NCBI GenBank assembly: GCA_002269645.1
Contig: NIVC01000881.1
Location: 182,414-246,413, forward strand
Direction: 5' to 3'
DNA from: Macrostomum lignano
Taxonomy: Eukaryota
Length of the DNA stretch: 64,000 nt
Below the pieces are notes generated by a model, which saw nothing but the letters and a program-made list of their open reading frames with translations, ran no database searches and was not told the DNA's origin. The number at the start of each line of letters is the position of its first letter. The stretch's first letter is position 1. Positions 1-11,631 of this stretch are shown here, piece after piece. Made by a program: the position numbers and the translations under genes.

Positions 1-2
1 GG

Positions 3-266
3 ATTGTCTGTACCAAACTACCTTCTGAAGTCGCCAACATTATAGCGGAGTTCGTCTGTCCAGTCACGCGGGAGGTGATGCTCGACCCCGTGATCGCGGC
101 TGACGGGCACACCTACGAGAGGTCGGCTATAGAGACCTGGTTCGCGTCCGGTCGCTGCGTGAGTCCCATGACCGGACAGCCACTCGGACAGCAGCTCATA
201 CCAAATAGGAGCCTGCGGAAACTCATATTGAAACATCTGAGAGTTGATCAGCCATCGTCAGCGTAG
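3..266 (+). CDS. 3' end of a U-box (RING-like E3 ligase) domain protein, possibly WDSUB1-like; gene begins upstream of the window
   Basis: Open frame 3..266 reads EFVCPVTREVMLDPVIAADGHTYERSAIETWF..SPMTGQPL...LIPNRSLRKLI, the U-box consensus (F.CPIT.E.M.DPV...DG.TYER.AI..W...SP.T...L....PN..L). Possible exon start at 46 after TATAG. Confidence 0.9.
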   Translation: MVCTKLPSEVANIIAEFVCPVTREVMLDPVIAADGHTYERSAIETWFASGRCVSPMTGQPLGQQLIPNRSLRKLILKHLRVDQPSSA

Positions 267-344
267 CAGTTTGTGTTTCTGATCGTTCATTGCGTCTCCA
301 TTAGCACGCTTTTGCTGTCTGATTTAAGTGCGAGGTTTGTTCTC

Positions 345-1660
345 CAGGATTGGTAGATTGTTCTCTGAATCGGTAGATTGTTCTCTGAATCGGTAGATTG
401 TTCTCTGAATCGGTAAATTGTTCTCTGAATCGGTAGATTGTTCTCTGAATCGGTAAATTGTTCTCTGAATCGGTAGATTGTTCTCTGAATCGGTAAATTG
501 TTCTCTGAATCGGTAGATTGTTCTCTGAATCGATAGATTGTTCTCCGAATCGGTAGATTGTTCTCTGAATCGGTAGATTGTTCTCTGAATCGGTAGATTG
601 TTCTCTGAATCGATAGATTGTTCTCCGAATCGGTAGATTGTTCTCTGAATCGGTAGATTTTTCTCTAAATCAGTAGATTGTTCTTTGAATCGGTAGATTG
701 TTCTCTGAATCGGTAGATTGTTCTCTGAATCGGTAAATTGTTCTCTGAATCGGTAGATTGTTCTCTGAATCGATAGATTGTTCTCTGAATCGGTAGATTG
801 TTCTCTGAATCAGTAGATTGTTCTCTGAATCGGTAGATTGTTCTCTGAATCGGTAAATTGTTCTCTGAATCGGTAGATTGTTCTCTGAATCGGTAGATTG
901 TTTTCTGAATCGATAGATTGTTCTCTGAATCGGTAGATTGTTCTCTGAATCAGTGGATTGTTCTCTGAATCAGTGGATTGTTCTCTGAATCGGTAGATTG
1001 TTTTCTGAATCGATAGATTGTTCTCTGAATCGGTAGATTGTTCTCTGAATCGATAGATTGTTCTCTGAATCGGTAGATTGTTCTCTGAATCAGTAGATTG
1101 TTCTCTGAATCGGTAGATTGTTCTCTGAATCGGTAAATTGTTCTCTGAATCGGTAGATTGTTCTCTGAATCGGTAGATTGTTTTCTGAATCGATAGATTG
1201 TTCTCTGAATCGGTAGATTGTTCTCTGAATCAGTGGATTGTTCTCTGAATCAGTGGATTGTTCTCTGAATCGGTAGATTGTTTTCTGAATCGATAGATTG
1301 TTCTCTGAATCGGTAGATTGTTTTCTGAATCGATAGATTGTTCTCTGAATCGGTAGATTGTTCTCTAAATCGGTAGATTGTTCTCTGAATCAGTAGATAG
1401 TTCTCTGAATCGGTAGATTGTTCTCTGAATCAGTGGATTGTTCTCTGAATCGGTAGATTGTTTTCTGAATCGATAGATTGTTCTCTGAATCGGTAGATTG
1501 TTCTCTGAATCGGTAGATTGTTCTCTGAATCAGTAGATAGTTCTCTGGATTTGTAGATTGTTCCCTAGATTGGTAGATTGTTTCCTGGATTATGGCAGAT
1601 TGTTTTCTAGATTATTAGATTGCTTCTTGGATCGTGCTAGACTGTTTTCTGAATTGGTGG
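345..1660. repeat. 20-bp minisatellite (TAGATTGTTCTCTGAATCGG)n, about 60 copies, degenerate at the edges
   Basis: Period 20 is directly visible; it lies just after the U-box stop codon. Confidence 0.97.
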
Positions 1661-3035
1661 ATTGTTCCAGGGATTTGTAGATTTCTCCGTAGATATTGTT
1701 TGATTGAATTCTGGTGCAAACTGTGCCAGTGTATCATTTTTTATTTTGTGTATTTTCTTTCTTGACGTAAACTTCAAAGAGCAGGTTAACTTTTTGTGTT
1801 AGAATAAATCAATATTAAGTTTTTCGTAGTCATCTTAAAGATTAGAAAACCAACATTTATCAGTAGTAGCATTGGTAACTAATCAGCCAATTACAGTCAT
1901 GAATTTGCCGTAGCAATTTTTACTAATTCACATATCTGAAGATTTAATTATTATCATATAGTTTATTCTAAAAATATAACGAATGATATTCTGAATTAAG
2001 TAATTCTTCCATTTATTAACGAACTGACAAAGTTTAAATATTTTTAATTCTCGCTCTACAGAAGTGAAGCAAAAACACATCAGAATGACAAAATGAAAAT
2101 GCGAGAAAGAAAATAATGGAAAACGGAAAAAAATGTTTCTGAATCAAAGACAGTCTTGAATGAATCAAAATATAGATGGTCAAAAGATTATGAATGACAA
2201 CTTGAAAAAAATTTGTTCACACGGAGGCGGATGCACTGCGAAAATACGAAGATAAAATAAAGATATGCGATGCATTTTAACAAACACTGACAATTATGAT
2301 TGGTAGTCCAAGATCGAAAAATTCAGACTTGAAAAATATAAACTTTAAAATAAGTTTAAGAAGCCAAGGAATTTTTGTAATAAAGGGTTGTGTTTTAAAA
2401 AAAATTTGATTTTACTCTGATAATTAAAAAGCAAAAAGCATAAAGATTTTAGTCCCGGTGAAGAGGACCATTTTCACTCGGTAGTCCATTTATGCGGTGT
2501 TTTGAGTTTTAATTACCGGCTTAAACCCTATGAAAAGTTCGAATCTGCAATGTGATTTCATTACAACCAGACTTTTTATTACAACTAAACATTCATTGTT
2601 TGGCTTTTAACGATAAAATTTTGTTGATATCCTGCCGAATGAATAAATTCTATTAAAACAAAATTTAGACATTTATAAATTTTCAGTTTTTATCCTTATG
2701 ATTTTCTAGGTTTAACTTTTTTATTGAGTTTATCTTGTAAAGTTGAGTTTAATAATTAATATATTAATAATAATAATAATACAATAATATCTTGTATTTA
2801 GTTTAATAATGATGAATAAATCTAATAATGCAATTCCATACTATAACTACATAAATTAATAGATATTTCAGCAATTGTTGATCACATCTTTAAGTGTTTA
2901 TCTTAAAGATAAAAGTAAAAAGTAAAAATCTGAAGAAAGTAATTTCGCACTAACGACAAATTTAGCCCCAAAAGATAAAATTTCCGGATTTAAGACTACT
3001 GTACGAATTACGATCGTACACTTGGCCCCGCCGAA

Positions 3036-6000
3036 TCACGCATCATGATGGTGACGATGCTGGTGCCCCTTCTGCGGCTTGTAGCTCTGTATCCAGATCT
3101 CGGACAAGCACACGGTCGAGTGAAATCTAAAAAATATAATCAACGGTAGGAAGATGTACTTTATAATTTTCCAGGGCATGTCTCCGAAGTAGGTCAACAG
3201 GAAGTTCTCAGCGATGTTGCGTTGAGCCTCGAACACCGAGGCCACCCACATGGCCAGGTTGGCGATGAGCAGCGCGATGGTGACGCCGCGGCCCGGCTTG
3301 TGCATGCCCTCGATGAGTTTCATTGTCACCTTCCGCTGGATGGCCTGCATGATAAACAGAGTCTGCAGCACGGACTGGGCCACCTCCAGCATGGACTTGA
3401 AACCGTTGGCTTTGGTGTTGTAAAACTCGGCCTGTTTCGATTGGGTTCGAGTTGAACTTTTACCGAGTGCTAGCGGTCAACACCCTGGAAACTCAGTTCG
3501 AGCCCAGCTCGAGTCCCTACAAATCCAGCTCGAGTCCCTACAAATCCAGCTCGAGTCCCTACAAATCCAGCTTGAATCCCTACAAACCCAGCTCGAGTCC
3601 CTACAAATCCAGCTCGAGTCCCTACAAATCCAGCTCGAGTCCCTACAAATCCAGCTCGAGTCCCTACAAATCCAGCTCGAGTCCCTACAAACCCAGCTCG
3701 AGTCCCTACAAATCCAGCTCGAATCCCTACAAACCCAGCTCGAGTCCCTACAAATCCAGCTCGAGTCCCTACAAATCCAGCTCGGTCCCAGCGATCGAGC
3801 CTCTCCTCACCTTGTCGCCCCAGTTACAATGCTCTCCCTCTTTGGTGTCCATCAGGCAGGCTCCCACAGAGATGGCCACGAACAGGTTGTAGCAGACGAT
3901 GCCCGCCAGACCCACAAACAGCAGGTTGACATCAAAGGTCTCATTGCCGCGAACTTTGTAGAGGTGCAGGTTCCGGATGGCCTTCACTATGCCGGCCAGA
4001 GCCATGCCGGTGGTGAAGCAGAGCACTGAGCACTCGGTGAGGATCACGGCTAGGATGTACACATCCCTGCGGAATGCGTTGGTAGCAAGTTGTTTTGTAC
4101 TGTGGAAATGTCAAGGACGCCAACTTGGTTGTCAAGGGCGCCAATTTAAGTTGTCAAGGACGCCAATTTTGGTTTTCAAGGGAGCTAATTTTGGTTGTCA
4201 AGGGAGCCTATTTTGGTTGTCAAGGGAGCCAATTTTGGTTGTCAAGGGAGCCAATTTTTGTTGTCAAGGGAGCCACTTGGTTGTCAAGGCTGCTAATTTT
4301 GGTTGTCAAGGGAGCCAAGTTGGTTGTCAAGGGCGCCACTTTTGGTTGTCAATGGAGCTAATTTTGGTTGTCAAGGGCGCCAATTTGGTTGTCAAGGCAG
4401 CTAATTTTGGTTGTCAAGGGAGCCAATTTTGGTTGTCAAGGGAGCCAATTTTGGTTGTCAAGGGAGCCAATTTTGGTTGTCAAGGCTGCTAATTTTGGTT
4501 GTCAAGGGAGCCAATTTTGGTTGTCAAGGGAGCCAATTTTGGTTGTCAAGGCTGCTAATTTTGGTTGTCAAGGGAGCCAATTTTGGTTGTCAAGGGAGCC
4601 AATTTTGGTTGTCAAGGCTGCTAATTTTGGTTGTCAAGGGAGCCAATTTTGGTTGTCAAGAGAGCCAATTTTGGTTGTCAAGGGAGCCAAGTTGGTTGTC
4701 AAGGGCGCCACTTTTGGTTGTCAAGGGAGCCAATTTTGGTTGTCAAGGGAGCCAATTTTGGTTGTCAAGGCAGCTAATTTTGGTTGTCAAGGCTGCTAAT
4801 TTTGGTTGTCCAGGGAGCCAATTTTGGTTGTCAAGAGAGCCAATTTTGGTTGTCAAGGCTGCTAATTTTGGTTGTCAAGGGAGCCAATTTTGGTTGTCAA
4901 GGGAGCCAATTTTGGTTGTCAAGGCTGCTAATTTTGGTTGTCAAGGGAGCCAATTTTGGTTGTCAAGAGAGCCAATTTTGGTTGTCAAGGCTGCTAATTT
5001 TGGTTGTCAAGGGAGCCAATTTTGGTTGTCAAGGCTGCTAATTTTGGTTGTCAAGGGAGCCAAGTTGGTTGTCAAGGCCGCCACTTTTGGTTGTCAATGG
5101 AGCTAATTTTGGTTGTCAAGGCGCTAATTTGGTTGTCAAGGCAGCTAATTTTGGTTGTCAAGGGAGCCAATTTTGGTTGCCAGGGGTTCCACTTTGTGAT
5201 GCCAGTGGAGTCGCTAAAATCGCATACAAAAGAATCCAAAAGAAGTCAACCAGTGTCGCACTTGTACTCAGTCTGCTTCTTCATCTGCAGCAGTATCAGG
5301 CTGATCATGGGCACCAGCACGCAGATCATGATCATCAGCCCCATGAACAGCCCCTTGTGCGACTTGTGACAGGTGGTCGATCTCGGGCCCTGCTGTTGCT
5401 CCTTCCTGCCGTAGGGCACGACATCCAGGTCGCCAACTCTGCTGAAAAACTTGTAGCAGATGGCAGCGCAGATGAGGCCGTACTCAACCGCGCAGGGGTA
5501 CAGGTAGGGCCCCAGCTGGTAGGACGGGCTGTCCTCCTCTAGGTAGCGACCGTGACAGCCGTCTGAGGTGGTGGTTGGGGGTTCGGTCCGATATATCGAA
5601 TTATATAATTATATATGGTTTGAGTATGGCTTCAGGTCTGCAACAGTTTTCAAGTGTGACAAAACTACAGATGGGAAAAGGCTTTGAAATTTCGGGTCTG
5701 AGAAATTTTGGATTTCGGGAATTTCGGGTTTCGGTAATTTCGGGTCTGAGAAAGTTTGGGTTTGGAAAATTTTGGTTTTGGAAATTTCGAGTTTGGGAAA
5801 TTTCGGGTTTGGGAAATTTCGGGTTTGGGAAATTTCGGGTTTGGGAAATTTCGGGTTTGGGAAATTTCGGGTTTGGGAAATTTCGGATTTGGGAAATTTC
5901 GGGTTTGGGAATTTCTGGTTTGAGAAATTTCGAGTTCGGGAAATTTCGGGTTTGAGAAACTTCGGGTTTGAGAAATTTCGGGTTTGAGAAATTTCGGGTT

Positions 6001-9000
6001 TCGGGAAAGCTAGGGTATTTAAAAAATATAAAAAACATACCAGTGCCATTCTTGAGCATCTCGGCCACATAATTGGAACTGCCGTTGCTATCGCTGCTGC
6101 TGTTCTTGGGAGTCAGGCCCACCTTGATCTCGTAGACCACCGTCTTGACCCAGATGCACAGGTTCGTGACGATCAGGTGAACGAAAACGAAACGCACCAG
6201 CGCCTTCTGAGTGTTGATGGTCACCCTGTGGTGCTTGAACACGTAGTAAGTCTGGCACATGATGAACAGCAGGTGGATGCAGCGCTTTGGCAGGAACCAC
6301 GGGCCCACGCACACTTCGCTACCTGGGCGTTCCAGTACGTCAGCGATTTTGAATCCGTCGTGAACCATCACGCCGAAGCCGAATACTGGGAGGTGGGGAG
6401 GGCAGTTGAGAAATTCCACCGACAAGATTGGGAATACAGAACAGTGGGTAGTGGGAAGGGAAATCTCAAATTGGGGAGGGGAATTCCAAATTGGGAAGGG
6501 AAATCTCGAATTGGGAAGGGGAATCCCAAATTGGGAAGGGGAATCCCAAATTGGGAAGGGGAATCCCAAATTAGGATGGGAATCCCGAATTAGGAAGGGG
6601 AATCCCGAATTGGGAAGGGAAATCCCAAATTGGGATGGGTAATCCAATTGAAAAGGGGAATCCCAACTTGGGAAGAGGAATCCCAAATTGGGAAGGGGAA
6701 TCCCGAATTGGGAAGGGGAATCCCAATAAGAAGGAGACTCTCAAATTCAATAGGGAATCCCAAAATGAAAGGGGAATCCTAAATTGGATAGGGAATTCTA
6801 AATTAGAACGGGAACCTCAAATGGCAAGGGAGTTCCAAAATGGGAAGCAGAATCTCAAATGGGAAGGGGAATCCAAAATGGGAATGGGAATACTAGCTTG
6901 TCTGCAATCAATCGAAATCTCTAGCCAAAGAAATAGGAAGGAGAATCCTGAGCTTTGTGAAAATTTGAGGATGAACGGCCCTCACTCGAAGACATGAAAA
7001 GGTAAATGTCACCTAAAAAGCTAAGGCTATTTTTTATAATGACTCACCGATGGCGCCCAGACGCAGGTAGAGATTCACTCCAACTGCTGACCAGGTGATC
7101 TTCTTCACCGGATGCTTCCAACTTTCGTCTGCGAACAAAATAGAGGTGCGAGTTTTACTTATTTATCGCCCTATTTATTCCACTCGAGTCAACCCGAGCT
7201 CCTCATGCTGGGCCTACCCATCGTTGGCGGCGACCTCCAGGTCCTCGACAGCCTCTTCTGCACGTTGCCGATCAGCTTCTTGTGCGACGCCACCCGCCGG
7301 CGTCGGCGAAGGCGGCGGCCTCTGCTCGAATCGTTCGCCTCGAACTCGACCGGCTCCGTCAACGCCGCGGGCACGTCGTCGGCGCGCTGCGGCCCGGACT
7401 CCTCGTAGACGAGCGCGTCGGTGGCCTGGCCAGCCAGCTCGATCTGCACGGCGTCGGCGTCGACTTTGGGCTGGCCAGGATCGGCAGCGATGCCGTCGCG
7501 GTCTCCGACGCAGCCGCTCCTCGCGCAGAGAGTTGTCGCCGTGAAGTGACCGTCGGGAAGCTGCTCATCGACGCTGTCGCGGTCTTCGGGCATGAAAAAC
7601 TTGCTGCCGCTGGATGTCGATGCGGCGGTCCCGGCGATGGCCTCCGGGCTGAAGCTGACCGTCGGCTGCTGGAATTCCGCCTTGCTTCTGGCGGCCTCCT
7701 CGGGGGTGAAGTCGGCGGCTCGGTGATGCTGATGGCAAGAGATCAACGTGTTGAGGTAGACGATGCAGACTATGCCCAGGCCGTGCATGAAGATGTAGAA
7801 TATCTGCGGGCGCAGGTTCCGGGGTCAGTTGACGCTTCTTGGAAAGAAGGTCAATCGACGTTTCTTAGAAAGAAGGTCAATCGAAGTTTCTTGGAAAGAA
7901 GGTCAATCGACGTTTCTTAGAAAGAAGGTCAATCGAAGTTTCTTGGAAAGAAGGTCAATGGACGTTTCTTGGAAAGAAGGTCAATGGACGTTTCTTGGAA
8001 AAAGGTCAATCGACGTTTCTTGGGGTGGGGGGGGGCAATCGACGTTCCGAAGAAAGGGGGATCAATCGACGTTTCTTGGGGTGGGGGTCAATAGACGTTT
8101 CTTGGGGTGGGGGTCAATAGACGTTTCTTGGGGTGGGGGTCAATAGACGTTTCTTGGGGTGGGGGTCAATCGACGTTTCTTGGGGTTGGGGTCAATCGAC
8201 GTTTCTTGGGGTGGGGGTCAATCGACGTTTCTTGGGGTGGGGGTCAATCGACGTTTCTTGGGGCGGGGGCAATCGACGTTCCGAAGAAAGGGGGTCAACC
8301 GACGTTTTTTGATGAGAGGTCAATCAAAATGTTTTATAGGGGGTCAATCGACGTTTCTAGGAACGTGTGGTCAGTGGAAGCCTCTTGTGGTGTTGGTCAA
8401 TCGACGTTTCATTGGGGAGGTCAATCAACGCATCTGGTCGTCAACCGACGTTTGTAGGAAGGGGGTCAATCGACATTTCTTTGGGAGTCAAACAATGCTA
8501 TTCAAAGAAGTGAAGCAATGTTTCTGTGGAGTCAGCCAGTTTCAACTACTTGCTTTAGGCATATAGAACGCAAATTATTGTCGGACTTTGCAATGGCACG
8601 TTAAGTCTGCTGATTTTGGCCATAGACAAAATATTGCATAAAAGCACAGATTTCGCTGGACCAAACAGCCGCTGTCTCAGACCTGTCGATAATCCGCGTG
8701 CTCCACCGGTTTGGTCAAGGCGTCGCTGATGGGGATCACCACCCCCAGCATCAGCGCCATCAGCCCGTAGAGAGTCAGCAGTGACTGCAGGATCGACTTC
8801 GTCGGGGAAGCCGAGTGGTCCACTTTGAATGCCAGGTTGCTGGGGCGCCTGGCAACGGGTGCGTGGGTGCGGAGTGAACTTCTTGCATGATTCTGTCAGT
8901 TGTGTAAGAAATTCTCTATTGTGTCACTCATCGAGTCACTGTATTAGAGTGTCACTGAGTCACTGTATCACAGAGTCACTGAGTCACTGAGTCACTGTAT

Positions 9001-9842
9001 CACAGAGTCACTGAGTCACTGTATCACAGAGTCACTGAGTCACTGTATCACAGAGTCACTGAGTCACTGTATCACAGAGTCACTGAGTCACTGAGTCACT
9101 GTATCGCAGAGTCACTGAGTCACTGTATCACTGAGTCACTGAGTCACTGAGTCACTGTATCACAGAGTCACAGAGTCACTGAGTCACTGAGTCACTGAGT
9201 CACTGAGTCACTGTATCACAGAGTCACTGAGTCACTGTGTTACTTTGTCTTTGTGTCACTGAGTCGCTGTGTCACTTTGTCCCACTGTCACTATGTCTCT
9301 TTGTCACACTGTCAATGTGCCACTTAGTCACATTGTCTCTATGTCACTTTTTCACACTGTCACTGTGTCACTGTGTCACTGAGTCGCTGTGTCACTTTCT
9401 CACACTCTCACTATGTTTCTTTGTCACACTGTCACTGTGTCACTTTGTCACACTGTCACTGTGTCACTTTGTCACACTGTCACTATGTCTCTTGTCACAC
9501 TGTCACTATGTCACTTTGTCTCACTGTCACTATGTCTCTTGTCACACTGTCACTATGTCACTTCGTCACAGTGTCACTGTGTCACTGAGTCACTGTGTCA
9601 CTGAGTCACTGTGTCACAGGGCCACTCTATTCGGTGGCTAATTGCCTCTTTGACTCAGGTCTGTCACTTACCTCGCTCACACGTGTTTTCCTGATGTCTG
9701 ATTAAGAGTTCCCCTGTGAGCAGCCAGACCTGCCGTGCTGCTTCTGTTTCACTTACCTAATCCTTCTCCTGATTCCAGGCGGCTCGCTCGGCGACTCCCC
9801 CTTCAAAAACGAGCCGATCCGCTTCATCTGATTTCGCATCAT
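3036..9842 (-). CDS. OTOP: Otopetrin-family proton channel, 8 exons, about 738 aa
   Basis: Exons (minus): 9842-9757, 8848-8683, 7803-7218, 7128-7048, 6385-6041, 5562-5262, 4066-3811, 3431-3036. All are GT-AG with consistent phases (2217 nt). Otopetrin motifs: LYLRLGAIVFGFG, FVHLIVTNLCIWVKTVVYE, PYLYPCAVEYGLICAA, KPGRGVTIALLIANLAMW, PLIIFFRFHSTVCLSEIW. Confidence 0.95.
3500..3785. repeat. 21-bp minisatellite (CCAGCTCGAGTCCCTACAAAT)n in otopetrin intron 7
   Basis: About 13 copies; explains the SSSPYKS-repeat ORF. Confidence 0.95.
4105..5180. repeat. 22-bp minisatellite (AATTTTGGTTGTCAAGGGAGCC)n in otopetrin intron 6
   Basis: Period 22 visible; explains the repetitive ORFs at 3977-5542. Confidence 0.95.
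5680..6005. repeat. 16-bp minisatellite (TTTGGGAAATTTCGGG)n in otopetrin intron 5
   Basis: Period 16 visible. Confidence 0.92.
6455..6890. repeat. 20-bp minisatellite (TTGGGAAGGGGAATCCCAAA)n in otopetrin intron 4
   Basis: Period 20, degenerating rightwards. Confidence 0.9.
7835..8470. repeat. 26-bp minisatellite with core GGTCAATCGACGTTTCTT in otopetrin intron 2
   Basis: Two sub-blocks (spacer GGAAAGAA, then GGGGTGGG) share the same core. Confidence 0.9.
8930..9620. repeat. (GAGTCACT)-based 8/24-bp repeat grading into GTCACT-rich repeat, otopetrin intron 1
   Basis: Directly visible low-complexity tandem repeat. Confidence 0.9.
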
Positions 9843-10699
9843 TTCGATTTCGCAGCCGCGGGTCGTGTTGCAGAAAATTAAAAGAAGCAACAAGCAATTA
9901 AGCGCAACAGTTCGGGGCACCCGCTGCGACTACAGACTCTTTACACCAAATAATCAAAGTGCTTCCTGTCAAGCATTTTAAGCTGCATGGGATTGAGCTG
10001 ATGGCTACAGTGGTACAGAGACCGGCGGGGGTTGCCCCATCAAATTGGCTTGAATAAGGCAGCCTCTTGCTGCGGAGAAGAGAGTTAGCGAGGGGGGTTA
10101 GAGCAGGAGCTGTGCGAGATCTGAATAAGTTGACTGGCTGAAGCAGTAGTGTCTCAAAAGCTATGTAGATGTACAGCTAACCGCCTGCAAGCGGGCCTTT
10201 ATCAAAAAGGTGAATATCTACTCATTGTACTGAGCCAGGGACTTCTGAAAATAGCACCGGTAGACTGGAAGCTGTATTATAGTGTGTCACGCGATAGTAG
10301 AGGACAAATAGAGAAAAAAGACAACCTGTAAAACTTAATAAATTTCTTCATCTTTTAGGCAAAAGGTGATTTTCTGTCCATAAATTTTCCACGCTGGCAT
10401 CATAGGGGAGTGAAATTAATTCTGGCTTCCAGTCCACCACTGAAATCTCTAGAAGTCCTCGGCCGAGTCCGCTTGGCTGGCCTCAAAAACAAGGGAAGCA
10501 GTTGGCAGTTTGCGCTGGTGCGAACTGTGAAGACTGTGTAGGTTTTCGCCTGATGAAGGCCCGGTAGCCATCTGTTTGGTCTGCGACTGTGGAGGTAATA
10601 ATGGTGGCTTAATTAATCCCAGCTGGATTAGTTTTCTATCTTTTAAATTCTCCCTGCTTGTCCCAATTGCCGTCTTCTATTAGCTTTTCTAGTTGTCCC

Positions 10700-11040
10700 T
10701 GGTTGGAGGACGCAGAGTAGCGCTCACCATCTTTGTTCCAGGCCTCCATAACAAAAAATTTCAGCAGGTAATTCAGGTCACATTTGCTAGCATCCTCCAG
10801 CTCAGCGAGAACCATAAGTGACGGGCCTTCAACCATCGCTCAGGCACGCTTCTTCTCGTCATGCCACTCGCGGAGGACGGAAAAGGCCCACTGAGCCTTT
10901 TTCTTGGTGGTCTTCGGCACGGTCTCTTCAATGTGTCTGGCAATTTCATTCTCCGAAAGTTGCTCGAACCGGCCAGTGAGAGCGGCTTCAATAGGTCCAG
11001 CGTTATCCCCGGGCTTCAGGATGAAATCCAGTATAGGTCC
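10700..11040 (-). mobile_element. Crypton-type (tyrosine-recombinase transposon, DUF3504/ZMYM-KCTD1-related) N-terminal remnant with an in-frame stop
   Basis: Minus frame reads GRFEQLSENEIARHIEETVPKTTKKKAQWAFSVLREWHDEKKRA*AMVEGPSLMVLAELEDASKCDLNYLLKFFVMEAWNKDGERYSASS. This matches the remembered Crypton pattern RF..LSEE....VP.NT.K.T.WA...F.EW....LNY.L..F..EAR.KDGE.Y. TGA at 10842-10840. Confidence 0.75.
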
Positions 11041-11217
11041 GGCGAAATCTCCATATCCGGGGCTTCAACAACGACAGCAGCAGAGATGTCACCCATATTC
11101 GGTACCAAGCGCTACACACAACTGAAGCTTTTCTGATCTTACACAGAATGCTTCGCCTCGGCCTAGAAACGCAGTCCTCAGCCGTTCCTAGGCCAAAGAA
11201 ACGAAATCAAGTGGGGA

Positions 11218-11631
11218 TTATCTTATACTCGTACATAACGTTAGATATCCTGTGTTGAAACAAAATTCGCTTCCTCTGCAACCAACCCTCTGTAAGACAA
11301 GGATTCGCCACTCTCGTAGCGAATGACCATCAGGCGGGAGTGTCCAGCTCTCTTGCAATTGTGGTTGAGCCAGCTGGCGTTTGATGGCTGCCCAGGCAGG
11401 CGTGCGCGTTCTCCACAGGATTGAGGAACGACGAGTAAGGATCGGCAATGTCACTAGTCGCCAAGCGGGCTGAAATTGATCTGGGATTGTCCCTTCATGA
11501 TGAAAACGGGCTCCATCCATGATCACACAGAACTCCTCGCCATCAGGTACATCACGACTCTTCACGCTTTGCACCAGATCATTGATGAACTTCTGGAACC
11601 TGGATGCCATCATAGTCTCTCCGAGGATCAT
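11218..11631 (-). mobile_element. IS630/Tc1/mariner DDE_3 transposase C-terminal remnant, frameshifted
   Basis: FQKFINDLVQ...FCVIMDGARFHH...LVTLP, then in a shifted frame PYSSFLNPVENA, then W.AIK. Matches IMDNA.FH...LPPYSP.LNPIE..W..K. Confidence 0.8.

Noticed and set aside
350-1560. Regular repeats considered as CRISPR arrays (also 31460-33295 and others)
   Set aside because: No unique spacers, eukaryotic context and no cas genes.
9671-9715. Second strong donor (GAG|GTAAGT) in otopetrin intron 1 suggesting a cassette exon
   Set aside because: The only frame-preserving acceptor I found (42 nt) introduces TGA; the others shift the frame.
10549-10580. CTGATGA as a possible hammerhead ribozyme core (also near 45175)
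   Set aside because: No stem II followed by GAAA and no closing stems.
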